Shown piece after piece: positions 53,128 to 61,772 of a DNA stretch of 64,000 nt; position 1 is the stretch's first letter, and every line of letters begins with the position of its first letter. Both the position numbers and the translations under genes were made by a program. The notes beneath the pieces are model-generated. The model did not search any database, was not told where the DNA came from, and saw only the letters and a list, made by a program, of their open reading frames with translations. The DNA comes from Polyangiaceae bacterium (lineage in GTDB: Bacteria; Myxococcota_A; Polyangia; Polyangiales; Polyangiaceae), in NCBI GenBank assembly GCA_050304975.1, contig JBNLEN010000008.1, forward strand, positions 10,126 through 74,125, read 5' to 3'.

Positions 53128-54978
53128 CTAGGGCATCAGCTGCGAGTCCAACCACGCCATACGCTGCGGCACCCAGTCGCGTAGCTTCTGCACCTGCCCT
53201 TCCCAGGTTTCAGGCTCGTCTTCGTCGTCACCGCCCATGCCGAAGTCGAAGCCGCCGCCTTCGCCAACTGGCCAGCGCTCAATGTCGCGCGGTGCGGCGT
53301 TGGCCAGAGGCGCGGCGATCTCACTGATGCGGGTATCCAGTTGTGCGTCGGACAAGATCCCCTCGCGCAGCTCCCGCCAGCGGACCTTGACTTGGTCCAA
53401 GAACGCAGGATCGACGGCCAAGATCTGAAACCAATCATTCGTCCCGCGACGCCCATCCTCCCACTGCCAGCCTTCGATGTCCGTGCCGAGGGAATCAAGC
53501 GAGAAGTTGTAGTCCCAAACAGGACCCGCGGTGAGCAGTCCCTCGCGGTCCTTGTGGTAGTAGTGGCTGCGGATGTACGCGTCGACGTCCCGTGTGATCT
53601 CGTTGATGATGAAGTGATCGACGAACGTCAGCGCATCGATGTACTGCATGTAGTCGCCGAGCGGCTGTGCGTGCAACGCGTCGTGAAACTCCTGAACGTA
53701 ACCCGTGATGTAGTCCAACTGCTGCTGATTGATGGGCTCAGGGTCCACCACAACCAAATCCGCCCAACACGTCCCCCCTTGGTCGCCCTGGTTGCCGAAG
53801 CCGCCACGCATCGGCTCCGCCCCCGTGCAAGTGAGTGTCACTTCATCGTCATCCACTGCGGCTTGATCAAACTTGAAGATGTAGCCTCCGCTGATGTCCG
53901 GCAGAGTGGTCACATCCTCACGCAGCTGCCGCAAGTCGAGGCGGGTCTTTTGATTCTTGATGGTTTGCGTGACTGCGTAGACGCCCTGGTAGTCGCTTTC
54001 TTGCAGTGGCCCCCCGTCCTGATTGATGAACACTTCGGCGAAGCGTAGCTGCATAACGCTCAGGCTCATTTCGGCAGCTAGCGAATAAACGAACGCATTG
54101 CGAATTAGCGACTTGTCCCGATACGGCCCCACCATCGCCCAGTCGGCTTCGCGAGGCATCCCGAGCATCGGGTGGTCCGCGTCCTCATCGTTGTTGTCCC
54201 AGAGCTCTACACGGTACGGTGCCTTGTCGAAATTGGCGGACGACTGACCGCGCAGGCGATAGCCGGCTCGGGTGGACAACACGGGCACATTGCCTAGGGA
54301 GGCAGCGCCGCCTTCGGGCTCGAACACCATGAACGCCAAATCAATGAATGCGGATTTGTCCGGTTTGCCGCCTGCGTACCCCTCCATGATCACGATGGGA
54401 ATGTCCGAGCTAAAGTCGAAATCGCGAAGGATGTAGATTGCGGTACTGGGTAGACCGGCTGGAGCGCCTTCAACGAAAGCCTGAGCCCGCAACTGAGTCG
54501 TCGAGGTGAGCGCCAGGGGACTTCCGTCGTACGCGGTTGAATTCACCGTCGGCAGCTCACCGTCCGTCGTGTAACGAATTTCGGCGCCAGCGACACCCGT
54601 GCTCATCGCGACACTCAGCTCACCCAAGAACGTTCCACTGGGCTGCGTGAAGCTCACATCCCCGATCAGCGTCGGACCCGATAACTCGGTGGGATCCGGC
54701 TCGTCAGGGTTAGCCGGATCCCCGGCGCTGGGCGCGAGGGGCTGCGTGTCTCCGTCACCCGACGCGGGGCTGTCAGACGGCGCGGCTTCATCACCCGGCG
54801 GGGTGTCTGAAGGACCAGGTATCGCTGGTTGATCTGCCATGGATTGCCCATTCGAAAGCGAATCCTGATCGGAGATGCGAGATTCGGAGCTCGAACAAGC
54901 AGGGGCAGCGCCTGCGGAGGCGCACGCGAGCCAGAACGCAACGAGGGACCTGCGACTGCTGTCGACTTCTGAATGCAT
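53128..54978 (-). CDS. CotH-family kinase-like lipoprotein with a chitobiase/Hex-C-like beta-sandwich module
   Basis: The ATG at 54976-54978 gives MHSEVDSSRRSLVAFWLACASAGAAPACSSS. A Pro/Asp/Ser linker follows. GAEIRYTTDGELPTVNSTAY is a CHB_HEX_C-like string. CotH strings: FIINEITRDVDAYIRSHYYHKDREGLLTAGPVWDYNFSL. Confidence 0.8.
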   Translation of the reverse strand: MHSEVDSSRRSLVAFWLACASAGAAPACSSSESRISDQDSLSNGQSMADQPAIPGPSDTPPGDEAAPSDSPASGDGDTQPLAPSAGDPANPDEPDPTELSGPTLIGDVSFTQPSGTFLGELSVAMSTGVAGAEIRYTTDGELPTVNSTAYDGSPLALTSTTQLRAQAFVEGAPAGLPSTAIYILRDFDFSSDIPIVIMEGYAGGKPDKSAFIDLAFMVFEPEGGAASLGNVPVLSTRAGYRLRGQSSANFDKAPYRVELWDNNDEDADHPMLGMPREADWAMVGPYRDKSLIRNAFVYSLAAEMSLSVMQLRFAEVFINQDGGPLQESDYQGVYAVTQTIKNQKTRLDLRQLREDVTTLPDISGGYIFKFDQAAVDDDEVTLTCTGAEPMRGGFGNQGDQGGTCWADLVVVDPEPINQQQLDYITGYVQEFHDALHAQPLGDYMQYIDALTFVDHFIINEITRDVDAYIRSHYYHKDREGLLTAGPVWDYNFSLDSLGTDIEGWQWEDGRRGTNDWFQILAVDPAFLDQVKVRWRELREGILSDAQLDTRISEIAAPLANAAPRDIERWPVGEGGGFDFGMGGDDEDEPETWEGQVQKLRDWVPQRMAWLDSQLMP

Positions 54979-55239
54979 AGTAGACAATGCATGGAAGCGC
55001 GGAAAACGAGGCCGACTTTCTAATCCAGGGTAAGAATTCGGCCTTCTCAAACACTCGCGGTGCCAAGTTTGCCTAGCGCTGCGTCTTGTAAGATGCCGAA
55101 CCTGAACATTTACACCGATCACGCGAGGGAACCGATCCTACGCGGTCTGTGAGCGCGTTCCTTTCCCACGACACCTTTGCACCGCTAGTTCCAGTGTGCC
55201 CGGTTCCCCACCCATGAAGCAGAGCTACCCTGCCGCGGG

Positions 55240-56577
55240 TCAGTCGCGGAAGCAGGAGTGCTGGTAGCGTGCCAGCAGCTGCCGCAGTGCATTTTCTCCA
55301 ACTGGCGCGCTCGAATCATCGGCGGTCGGCAAGTCTTGACTGGAATCGGCCTGTTCACCCAGCAGAGCTTGCAGAGCTTCGGCACTGGTCGCCGCATAGA
55401 TTGACGCACTGGTACCTTTGGCCCGCGCGGTCCAAAAACCTCCAGTCGGCGACCTTTCAGCATCGATCAGCTCGGCGAATTGGCTCGCTTGCTCGGACGA
55501 ATCCCACACGACTTTCCAAATCGCGCCGGTGTCCTCGTCCGAAACGAATACGGTGAACGCGTCCCCGCGCCAGCCCAGGGCTAGCTTTGGCTTCTGCGCC
55601 TCTCCCATCACAAAGCTGAGAAAGCCGTGCAGCACCCACGGCCCCATGCGGTCGTGGCCTACGTACTCGAAGCCGTCGGGAGTGGACACCGGCTCAACCT
55701 CCCGGGTGTCTGCGTCGATCGCACTGCGGCGGTGCCGCCGGGCGAGATCTTGCAGCGTACTCGGCGCGGTTTGCTTGCGCAGCTCCGCAAACCCACGCCG
55801 CCCGCGATCATCCCAAATGTCATAGCTGCTGTGCCCTCCGTAGGTGTACGGGAAAACGGCAAAAGCCGTCGAATGAGGCTCAGGCATCTCTGCGGTGAAG
55901 TCGTCTGCGGCGTCCGTCAGCTCATCGTAGAATGACTCCCAGTCCACGTTGTCCTGAGAGATGTCTGACAGCTTGGCTTCGATGAAGCGTTCATAGAGTG
56001 TTGCTTCACCTTCTAGTAGCGTCGTTGCGGCGAGCTGCTGGTCGTAGCCTTCTTCCACCACGTTACGATACTTCTCAATGTCGAAGTCAGCGTGCTGAAG
56101 CGCGTGTACGAACTCATGGGCAAGCGTCGTGTTGGCGCGCAGATCATCTAGCGGCTGCTGTTCAAGTTCCAAGACGACAATCTGATTGGTGATCGATGAG
56201 TAGAATCCCAACAATCCTTCGAGTGTGACCTCGACCTGGGTATCGGCGGTCAGCTCCGCTGGCTCAACCAAACCAACCAACGCGAGCGCCGTGTGAGCAC
56301 GGATGCTCGTCTCATCGAGTTCAAACTCGTCAGCCTCCTCCAAGAGCAGATCTCTCGCTTCACTCTCGGACAGCGTGATGACCCCGGGGCGCTTCAGCTC
56401 TTGCTTGGTATCTCCCCGCAGGCAGCGCGTGTTGTCAAACAGCTGGGCTTGGCACCCCTCAGAGCGAATGTCACAAGTGACGATGCCTATGTCTCGGCAA
56501 TTCAGCTCATCGGATCCGGAGCAAGCGGCAAGCGTCGACAGGCAGAGGCAGGAGGCAAAAGTAAAACCGGGTCGCAC
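55240..56577 (-). CDS. Lipoprotein with an HExxH motif (putative zinc metallopeptidase, family unassigned)
   Basis: Signal and lipobox: MRPGFTFASCLCLSTLAACSGS. Single motif TLAHEFVHALQHADF. No other family signature recognised. Confidence 0.6.
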   Translation of the reverse strand: MRPGFTFASCLCLSTLAACSGSDELNCRDIGIVTCDIRSEGCQAQLFDNTRCLRGDTKQELKRPGVITLSESEARDLLLEEADEFELDETSIRAHTALALVGLVEPAELTADTQVEVTLEGLLGFYSSITNQIVVLELEQQPLDDLRANTTLAHEFVHALQHADFDIEKYRNVVEEGYDQQLAATTLLEGEATLYERFIEAKLSDISQDNVDWESFYDELTDAADDFTAEMPEPHSTAFAVFPYTYGGHSSYDIWDDRGRRGFAELRKQTAPSTLQDLARRHRRSAIDADTREVEPVSTPDGFEYVGHDRMGPWVLHGFLSFVMGEAQKPKLALGWRGDAFTVFVSDEDTGAIWKVVWDSSEQASQFAELIDAERSPTGGFWTARAKGTSASIYAATSAEALQALLGEQADSSQDLPTADDSSAPVGENALRQLLARYQHSCFRD

Positions 56578-56640
56578 ATGTAGGCGTATAACCCAAATCC
56601 CGCACGCGACCAGCGTCGAAGCGCCGTGACGAAGCGCTAG

Positions 56641-57141
56641 CTATGCAATTTCCGGCAGCGAGGTCGGCGGTGAAACATCTACCGCCGAACGCACCCCGGC
56701 TCGGGGTTTGAGCGACTCGATAGAGCTGTTTTGGCTCCCAACAACGCGAATACGGTAGTCCTCAGACAGCTGGTCGCCCAGCGCGTCCGCCAGATCCAGG
56801 ATCCAGGAGGCATTGAGGGCCGACCCCTCTCTCAGCCAGATGAGATTGCTCACCCGAGCCGTCGTGCTCGTGACCAGCCGGACGATTCTGCCGCTCAACC
56901 CCACCGCGGTTTCCCCTGTTTGCTCCACTGCCAGAAACACGGTGCGCTTCCCGAGGAGTTCCGCGGTGACCCAAGACTGCCAGCGACCGCTGCAAGACAA
57001 AACCACGAGGGTCGCTTCCTGGCTGGAGGAGTCAAAAACTGATTCCAAGCCGGCGTCAGCCTCACCACCCAATGGATCTGGAACATCCAGTGGCTCGGGG
57101 ATTTCGTGCTCCCCGCTAACGTCAACAACTCGCAAACCCAT
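56641..57141 (-). CDS. Hypothetical protein (166 aa)
   Basis: An ORF on the same strand, 63 nt upstream of the HExxH lipoprotein gene. No recognisable motif. Third-position GC looks weaker than in neighbouring genes, so coding status is uncertain. Confidence 0.4.
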   Translation of the reverse strand: MGLRVVDVSGEHEIPEPLDVPDPLGGEADAGLESVFDSSSQEATLVVLSCSGRWQSWVTAELLGKRTVFLAVEQTGETAVGLSGRIVRLVTSTTARVSNLIWLREGSALNASWILDLADALGDQLSEDYRIRVVGSQNSSIESLKPRAGVRSAVDVSPPTSLPEIA

Positions 57142-57540
57142 CAGAACTGACCCAGAATCCCCGGCGTGGTGGCAGTTTCCGTTTGAAACATGATGCGACT
57201 ACAAACCATTCCCGCCACCGCGCAAAAACGGCACACAAATCGGTGCACCAGCAATCGACGCCCGCGTCTGGAGCGTCGGCCCCCCCTTGCGCAAGCTCTG
57301 CGCCTGGGACTGGAGCCACTGATACGTCCAGATTAAGAGTCCCGAATATCCCTATCGTCGCGAAATCGAAACAAAAGCTAATGCTGCCAGAAGGGCTGAG
57401 TGCCGCCAGCCGCAACTGGAGAGGCACCCCGTAGCTGGGTTACCCCCACGGTCCCAACTGCGTCCCATCTTGCAAATGTGAGTGGTCGTTGACAAGCCTA
57501 TTTGTCACTCGTCGAAAGCTTGTCACTCAGATAGTCCTGA

Positions 57541-57581
57541 GAGTGAAAATAAGCGCCGGCCATTCATTCAGAGGGTGGCCG
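57541..57581 (-). terminator. Weak intrinsic-terminator candidate downstream of the 57607.. minus-strand gene
   Basis: On the minus strand, CGGCCA (57581-57576) pairs with TGGCCG (57562-57557) across a 13-nt loop, followed by gcgcTTATTTTCAC. The stem is short (6 bp) and the loop is large. Confidence 0.3.
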
Positions 57582-57606
57582 CCCCTGGTGATCTTGACGC
57601 GGCGGC

Positions 57607-58989
57607 CTACCCAGCCGCGGCAGCGCGAGGGTCAGTTCGGGCAATGATTTCACTGATGCCCGTCTGGTTAAACCCCTTGTAGCCTGAGTTGCGCTCCAGA
57701 ATTTCCAAGTGGGAGCCTAATGCACCGTCCAGCTGGAAGGTCGCCGCCTGCTGCGGAGTGATCCAGCCACTATCCAAAGCTTTCTGTAGGCGCAGCGCGG
57801 GGACAGGCCACACCTGCCCGTGGGTGAAGCACTGCTTCAAGTAGCTGAAGTCGGTGAACGGCGGCATCACTCCCACTACGTTCTCCAGCTGGGCGCAAGC
57901 TGCAGCAAAATCAAATTGTGCCTCCAGGTGATGGATCCCCGCTTCCAGGAACGCTTCGCCGTGAAGCTTGCACCACAACCCCACAGTTCCAAGCTGGTCA
58001 TGCGCCGCCAAGCCATCGTGGGCAAAGTCGCCCATGACTTCGTCCGCTTCGAGGTCCACGTCGGCAAAAACCATGACGCCGCTGCGTGGATGCTCGAGCA
58101 CCTGAGCGCCCCAGCCTGCTTCCTTGCCCGCATAGAACCGCTCACGGCAACGCAAACCCAAGAGTTCCAAACAACTGATCAGCGACTTGAAGTATTCGCG
58201 ACTCGAGCGATAGGTGTGGTGATCTTGGTTGCCCCAACCAAGTCCCAACGCATCCTGGCGCGCCTTCTGCACTCTCGCGGCTTCATTTCTGCTTTCCCAA
58301 TATCGTCGTTCGGCAAGGAAGAACAAGTCGCTGGTGTAGTCTTCACCAACTAGTCGATGACCTTCTTCGATCAACTGGCGCGCACGCGCGAAACCCTGTT
58401 CGGGGTCCGCGTGGTCTCGCTTGCGATTCGACAGCGCCTCGAGCACGTGCCGCACGGCGTCCGGCGCGGGTTGTTTGAAGTCGGTAACAAAACGCCCGTG
58501 GTGGCGCTCAGTGGCCCAGAGCTGCATGCGCGCGTCCACTTCGCCACAGGCACAAACCAAAACACGCCGGGTCGGCGCGTACTCGTCCCCTTCGATACCC
58601 GCAACCGTGTCGTTCTTCTCACAGAAGTCCCCGACGCTGTCGACGCGCAGGCTAACCGCGAAACAGGTCCCCAGCTCGATCACTGGGAACATCCCCCCCG
58701 CGTGCGCCAACAGTTGTGGGGCGCTGGTATCCGCCCCGTTGTCCGAAACGTAGGGAGCGAAACCCAGGCCATTTAGTTGGGTTAACGTGCGCTCGCGAGA
58801 CAGTTCGTTGCAGGGGAGCACGATCCGCTCCACCCAATCTTGGAACCGCGTGCCCGTATCCTGAAGCATGCGCTGCGCCAATGCTTTCGCTGGGGCGCAG
58901 CGGCCGAGAAAATCATCCAGCCGCTCAGCGACCCAAGCGGCGGCTTCGGGCTGGGGCTGGAAGTCAAATTCCTGGAGTGAGTTCGACAC
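57607..58989 (-). CDS. Conserved hypothetical protein, with a weak VOC/DUF1338-like motif pattern in the C-terminal half
   Basis: A long ORF with good coding character. The TTG start at 59058 would overlap the divergent LysDH gene, so I prefer the GTG at 58989. The spaced strings NQDHHTYRSS, GIHHLEAQFD and GSHLEILERNSGYKGFN resemble His/His/Glu metal triads of VOC-fold enzymes, but the canonical DUF1338 N-terminal signature is absent. Confidence 0.6.
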   Translation of the reverse strand: MSNSLQEFDFQPQPEAAAWVAERLDDFLGRCAPAKALAQRMLQDTGTRFQDWVERIVLPCNELSRERTLTQLNGLGFAPYVSDNGADTSAPQLLAHAGGMFPVIELGTCFAVSLRVDSVGDFCEKNDTVAGIEGDEYAPTRRVLVCACGEVDARMQLWATERHHGRFVTDFKQPAPDAVRHVLEALSNRKRDHADPEQGFARARQLIEEGHRLVGEDYTSDLFFLAERRYWESRNEAARVQKARQDALGLGWGNQDHHTYRSSREYFKSLISCLELLGLRCRERFYAGKEAGWGAQVLEHPRSGVMVFADVDLEADEVMGDFAHDGLAAHDQLGTVGLWCKLHGEAFLEAGIHHLEAQFDFAAACAQLENVVGVMPPFTDFSYLKQCFTHGQVWPVPALRLQKALDSGWITPQQAATFQLDGALGSHLEILERNSGYKGFNQTGISEIIARTDPRAAAAG

Positions 58990-59043
58990 GATAACCGTAT
59001 GAATGTAGCCTACGGATACACGCTCGACAAATCGGAGGTGGCG

Positions 59044-60228
59044 ATGAGCGGCAGTCAATTGAACAACGTGCTGATACTGGGCAGTGGCAAGATCGGCAGG
59101 ATGATCGCTAAGTTCCTCGTTGACTCCGGGGACTACTCGGTGCGCATTGCCGACGCAGATCCTGCGTCACTGAAGCGCTTGCGAAGTATGACCCGCCCGG
59201 AAGACCCAATCGAAGTGCTCCAGATTGACGCATCTTCCGAACCAGAGCTGCAAAAAGCGATGCAAGGAATGGATGGCGTCGTATCCGCGTTGAGCTATCA
59301 CTTCAACCCGCGCGTGGCCGAAGTCGCCGCGCAGCATGGGCTCCACTACTTTGACCTGACGGAGGACGTCGAAACCACCCGCGCCGTCAGGGAGTCCGCG
59401 AAAGGAGCCAAGCATGGGCAGCTCTTCATTCCTCAATGTGGACTGGCGCCTGGCTTCATCTCGATCGCGGCCAACCACGTCGCCAAGTCGATGGATGAAT
59501 TGGACAAGGTGTTCATGCGTGTCGGCGCGCTCCCACAGTTTCCATCCAACGCACTCAAGTACAACCTCACCTGGTCAACGGACGGCCTGATCAACGAATA
59601 CTGCAATCCTTGCGAAGCAATTCACAACAGGGAGCTGCGCATGGTGTTGCCCCTCGAGGGCCTGGAGCACTTCTCCTTGGACGGTGTCCGCTACGAAGCG
59701 TTCAACACTTCGGGGGGCCTCGGTTCGTTGTGTGAGACCCTGGCCGGCAAAGTCAACGAATTGAACTACAAGACCATCCGCTACCAGGGGCATCGCGACC
59801 TGGCCGCTTTTTTGGTCAATGAGCTGCAGCTCAGCCAACACCGCGACGAGCTCAAGCAAATTCTCGAGCGCTCGGTACCGGTGACATTTCAGGATGTTGT
59901 GGTCATTTTTTGCACGGTCAGTGGCTTCAAGAACGGACAGTACCTCCAGCTGACGGACGCTCGGAAGATCTACCATCAGAAGATTAACGGCGTGCATTGG
60001 AGCGCCATTCAAATCACCACCGCGGCAGGCGTGTGCGCCATCATCGACCTGGTGAGAGATACCAAACTGACCGGCACCGGGTTCTTGGCGCAAGAGACGG
60101 TCGATTTGGAGGTATTCCTAAACAATCGCTTCGGGCAATACTATCGTTCCCAGATTTCGTCGCGCTACAGCATCAGTGAAGAGGAGCTTCGGCAGCGCAT
60201 GAGTCGCGACTCACAGGTAGGAGAGTAG
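59044..60228 (+). CDS. Saccharopine-dehydrogenase-family enzyme, most likely L-lysine 6-dehydrogenase (LysDH)
   Basis: GGAGG lies 6 nt upstream of the ATG at 59044. Rossmann motif: VLILGSGKIGRMIAKFL. Family strings: QCGLAPGFISI, KYNLTWSTDGLINEY, YEAFNTSGGLGSL, LNYKTIRYQGHRD. These closely follow the pattern I recall for bacterial lysine 6-dehydrogenases. Confidence 0.75.
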   Translation: MSGSQLNNVLILGSGKIGRMIAKFLVDSGDYSVRIADADPASLKRLRSMTRPEDPIEVLQIDASSEPELQKAMQGMDGVVSALSYHFNPRVAEVAAQHGLHYFDLTEDVETTRAVRESAKGAKHGQLFIPQCGLAPGFISIAANHVAKSMDELDKVFMRVGALPQFPSNALKYNLTWSTDGLINEYCNPCEAIHNRELRMVLPLEGLEHFSLDGVRYEAFNTSGGLGSLCETLAGKVNELNYKTIRYQGHRDLAAFLVNELQLSQHRDELKQILERSVPVTFQDVVVIFCTVSGFKNGQYLQLTDARKIYHQKINGVHWSAIQITTAAGVCAIIDLVRDTKLTGTGFLAQETVDLEVFLNNRFGQYYRSQISSRYSISEEELRQRMSRDSQVGE

Positions 60229-60231
60229 GAC

Positions 60232-61764
60232 ATGAACTGGCACGAAGCGCGAGCCGCATTAGGCCTGGAGGGCAACCAGTACGCCGTCCATATTGGTCCA
60301 AACGCTGCGGAGGGCACTGGTAGTGCTCTGCTCAAGACTAGTCCGATTGACGGTCATGAGTTGGTCCGCATGAAGCAAGCGTCCGCTGAGCAGGTCGCCG
60401 AAGCGGCGCACCACGCGAGCCAGTCGTTTGAGCACTTTAAGCTTTTGCCAGCCCCGCGCCGAGGGGAATTTGTACGCCGCTTCGGGCAAGCGCTGCGCGA
60501 ACACAAGCAAGCCCTGGGACTCCTGGTCACGCTCGAAGCCGGCAAGATCCTCCAAGAAGGCTTGGGTGAAGTCCAAGAGATGATCGACATCTGTGACTTC
60601 GCCGTTGGACTCAGTCGGCAGTTGTACGGCAAGAGCATCGCCAGTGAACGTCCACAGCACCGCTTGACCGAGCAGTGGCTACCGTTGGGCCCGATTGGGG
60701 TCATCTCCGCGTTCAACTTCCCCGTCGCTGTGTGGGCGTGGAACGCCGCTATCGCCTGGGTTTGTGGCGACCCTGTCGTCTGGAAGCCTTCGGAGAAAGC
60801 TCCGCTTTGCGCATTAGCGTGTCATCGCTTGGCCCAGCGGGCAGCCGAAACGATGGGTGATGATTTCCCTGTTCCCAGCAGCGTCGTGATCGGCGGGGCT
60901 GACGTCGGCCATGCATTGGCCAGCAGCCCTGAGCTGCCGTTGATCTCCGCCACTGGATCCATCCCGATGGGGCGCAAGGTCGGCCAAACCGTCGCGGCGC
61001 GACTGGGCCGCTCGCTATTGGAACTTGGCGGCAACAACGCCGTGATTGTCGCTCCCAGCGCGGATCTAGAGTTGGCGCTGCGAGCCATTGTGTTTGCATC
61101 TGTGGGAACCAGCGGGCAGCGCTGCACCTCCCTTCGCCGGCTATTTTTGCACGAGCAAGTGTACGACCAATTGCTCGGCAGAATTCGCGCTGCCTACGGC
61201 AGCCTCAGCATCGGTGATCCTCGCGCTGAGTCGACGCTCGTGGGTCCGCTGATCGACGAGACGGCGTTCGAGCAAATGCAGCGTGCTCTCAGCGAAGCGA
61301 AAGCCCAAGGCGGTACCGTGCACGGAGGCGAGCGTGTGACAGAGGGCGTGCCTGCGGGAGGATACTACGTGCGTCCGGCCCTGGTCGAGATCCAGCATGA
61401 CGCTCCGATCGTGCAAACAGAGACCTTTGCACCAATCGCTTATGCCATGCGCTATGCAGAACTCGAGACGGCCATCCAGCAGCACAACGCGGTACCCCAA
61501 GGATTGAGCTCCGCGATCTTCACCAACGACATCCGCGAGGCGGAGCTGTTCTGCTCTGCCGCCGGTTCGGACTGCGGCATCGTGAATGTCAACATTGGCA
61601 CCAGCGGCGCCGAGATTGGTGGAGCGTTCGGCGGCGAAAAAGAAACCGGCGGCGGGCGAGAGTCCGGCTCGGACGCGTGGAAAGCCTACATGCGGCGAGC
61701 CACCAACACCGTCAACTTCGGCGCCTCGCTGCCGCTCGCGCAGGGCATCAAGTTCGACATCTAG
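60232..61764 (+). CDS. ALDH7-family alpha-aminoadipic semialdehyde / piperideine-6-carboxylate dehydrogenase (AmaB/Pcd type)
   Basis: Near-identical to ALDH7 hallmark strings: ELGGNNAVIV, VGTSGQRCTSLRRLF (catalytic Cys), ETFAPI, GLSSAIFT, GSDCGIVNVNIGTSGAEIGGAFGGEKETGGGRESGSDAWKAYMRR, LPLAQGIKF. Confidence 0.93.
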   Translation: MNWHEARAALGLEGNQYAVHIGPNAAEGTGSALLKTSPIDGHELVRMKQASAEQVAEAAHHASQSFEHFKLLPAPRRGEFVRRFGQALREHKQALGLLVTLEAGKILQEGLGEVQEMIDICDFAVGLSRQLYGKSIASERPQHRLTEQWLPLGPIGVISAFNFPVAVWAWNAAIAWVCGDPVVWKPSEKAPLCALACHRLAQRAAETMGDDFPVPSSVVIGGADVGHALASSPELPLISATGSIPMGRKVGQTVAARLGRSLLELGGNNAVIVAPSADLELALRAIVFASVGTSGQRCTSLRRLFLHEQVYDQLLGRIRAAYGSLSIGDPRAESTLVGPLIDETAFEQMQRALSEAKAQGGTVHGGERVTEGVPAGGYYVRPALVEIQHDAPIVQTETFAPIAYAMRYAELETAIQQHNAVPQGLSSAIFTNDIREAELFCSAAGSDCGIVNVNIGTSGAEIGGAFGGEKETGGGRESGSDAWKAYMRRATNTVNFGASLPLAQGIKFDI

Positions 61765-61772
61765 TGGGTTAG

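Noticed and set aside
57316-57322. A GCCACTG string and a nearby GGTGCACC that recall the cobalamin riboswitch core.
   Set aside because: The surrounding sequence does not match the conserved CCCGCCACTGT / GGTGnAAnTCC context. No B12-related gene is downstream on either strand.
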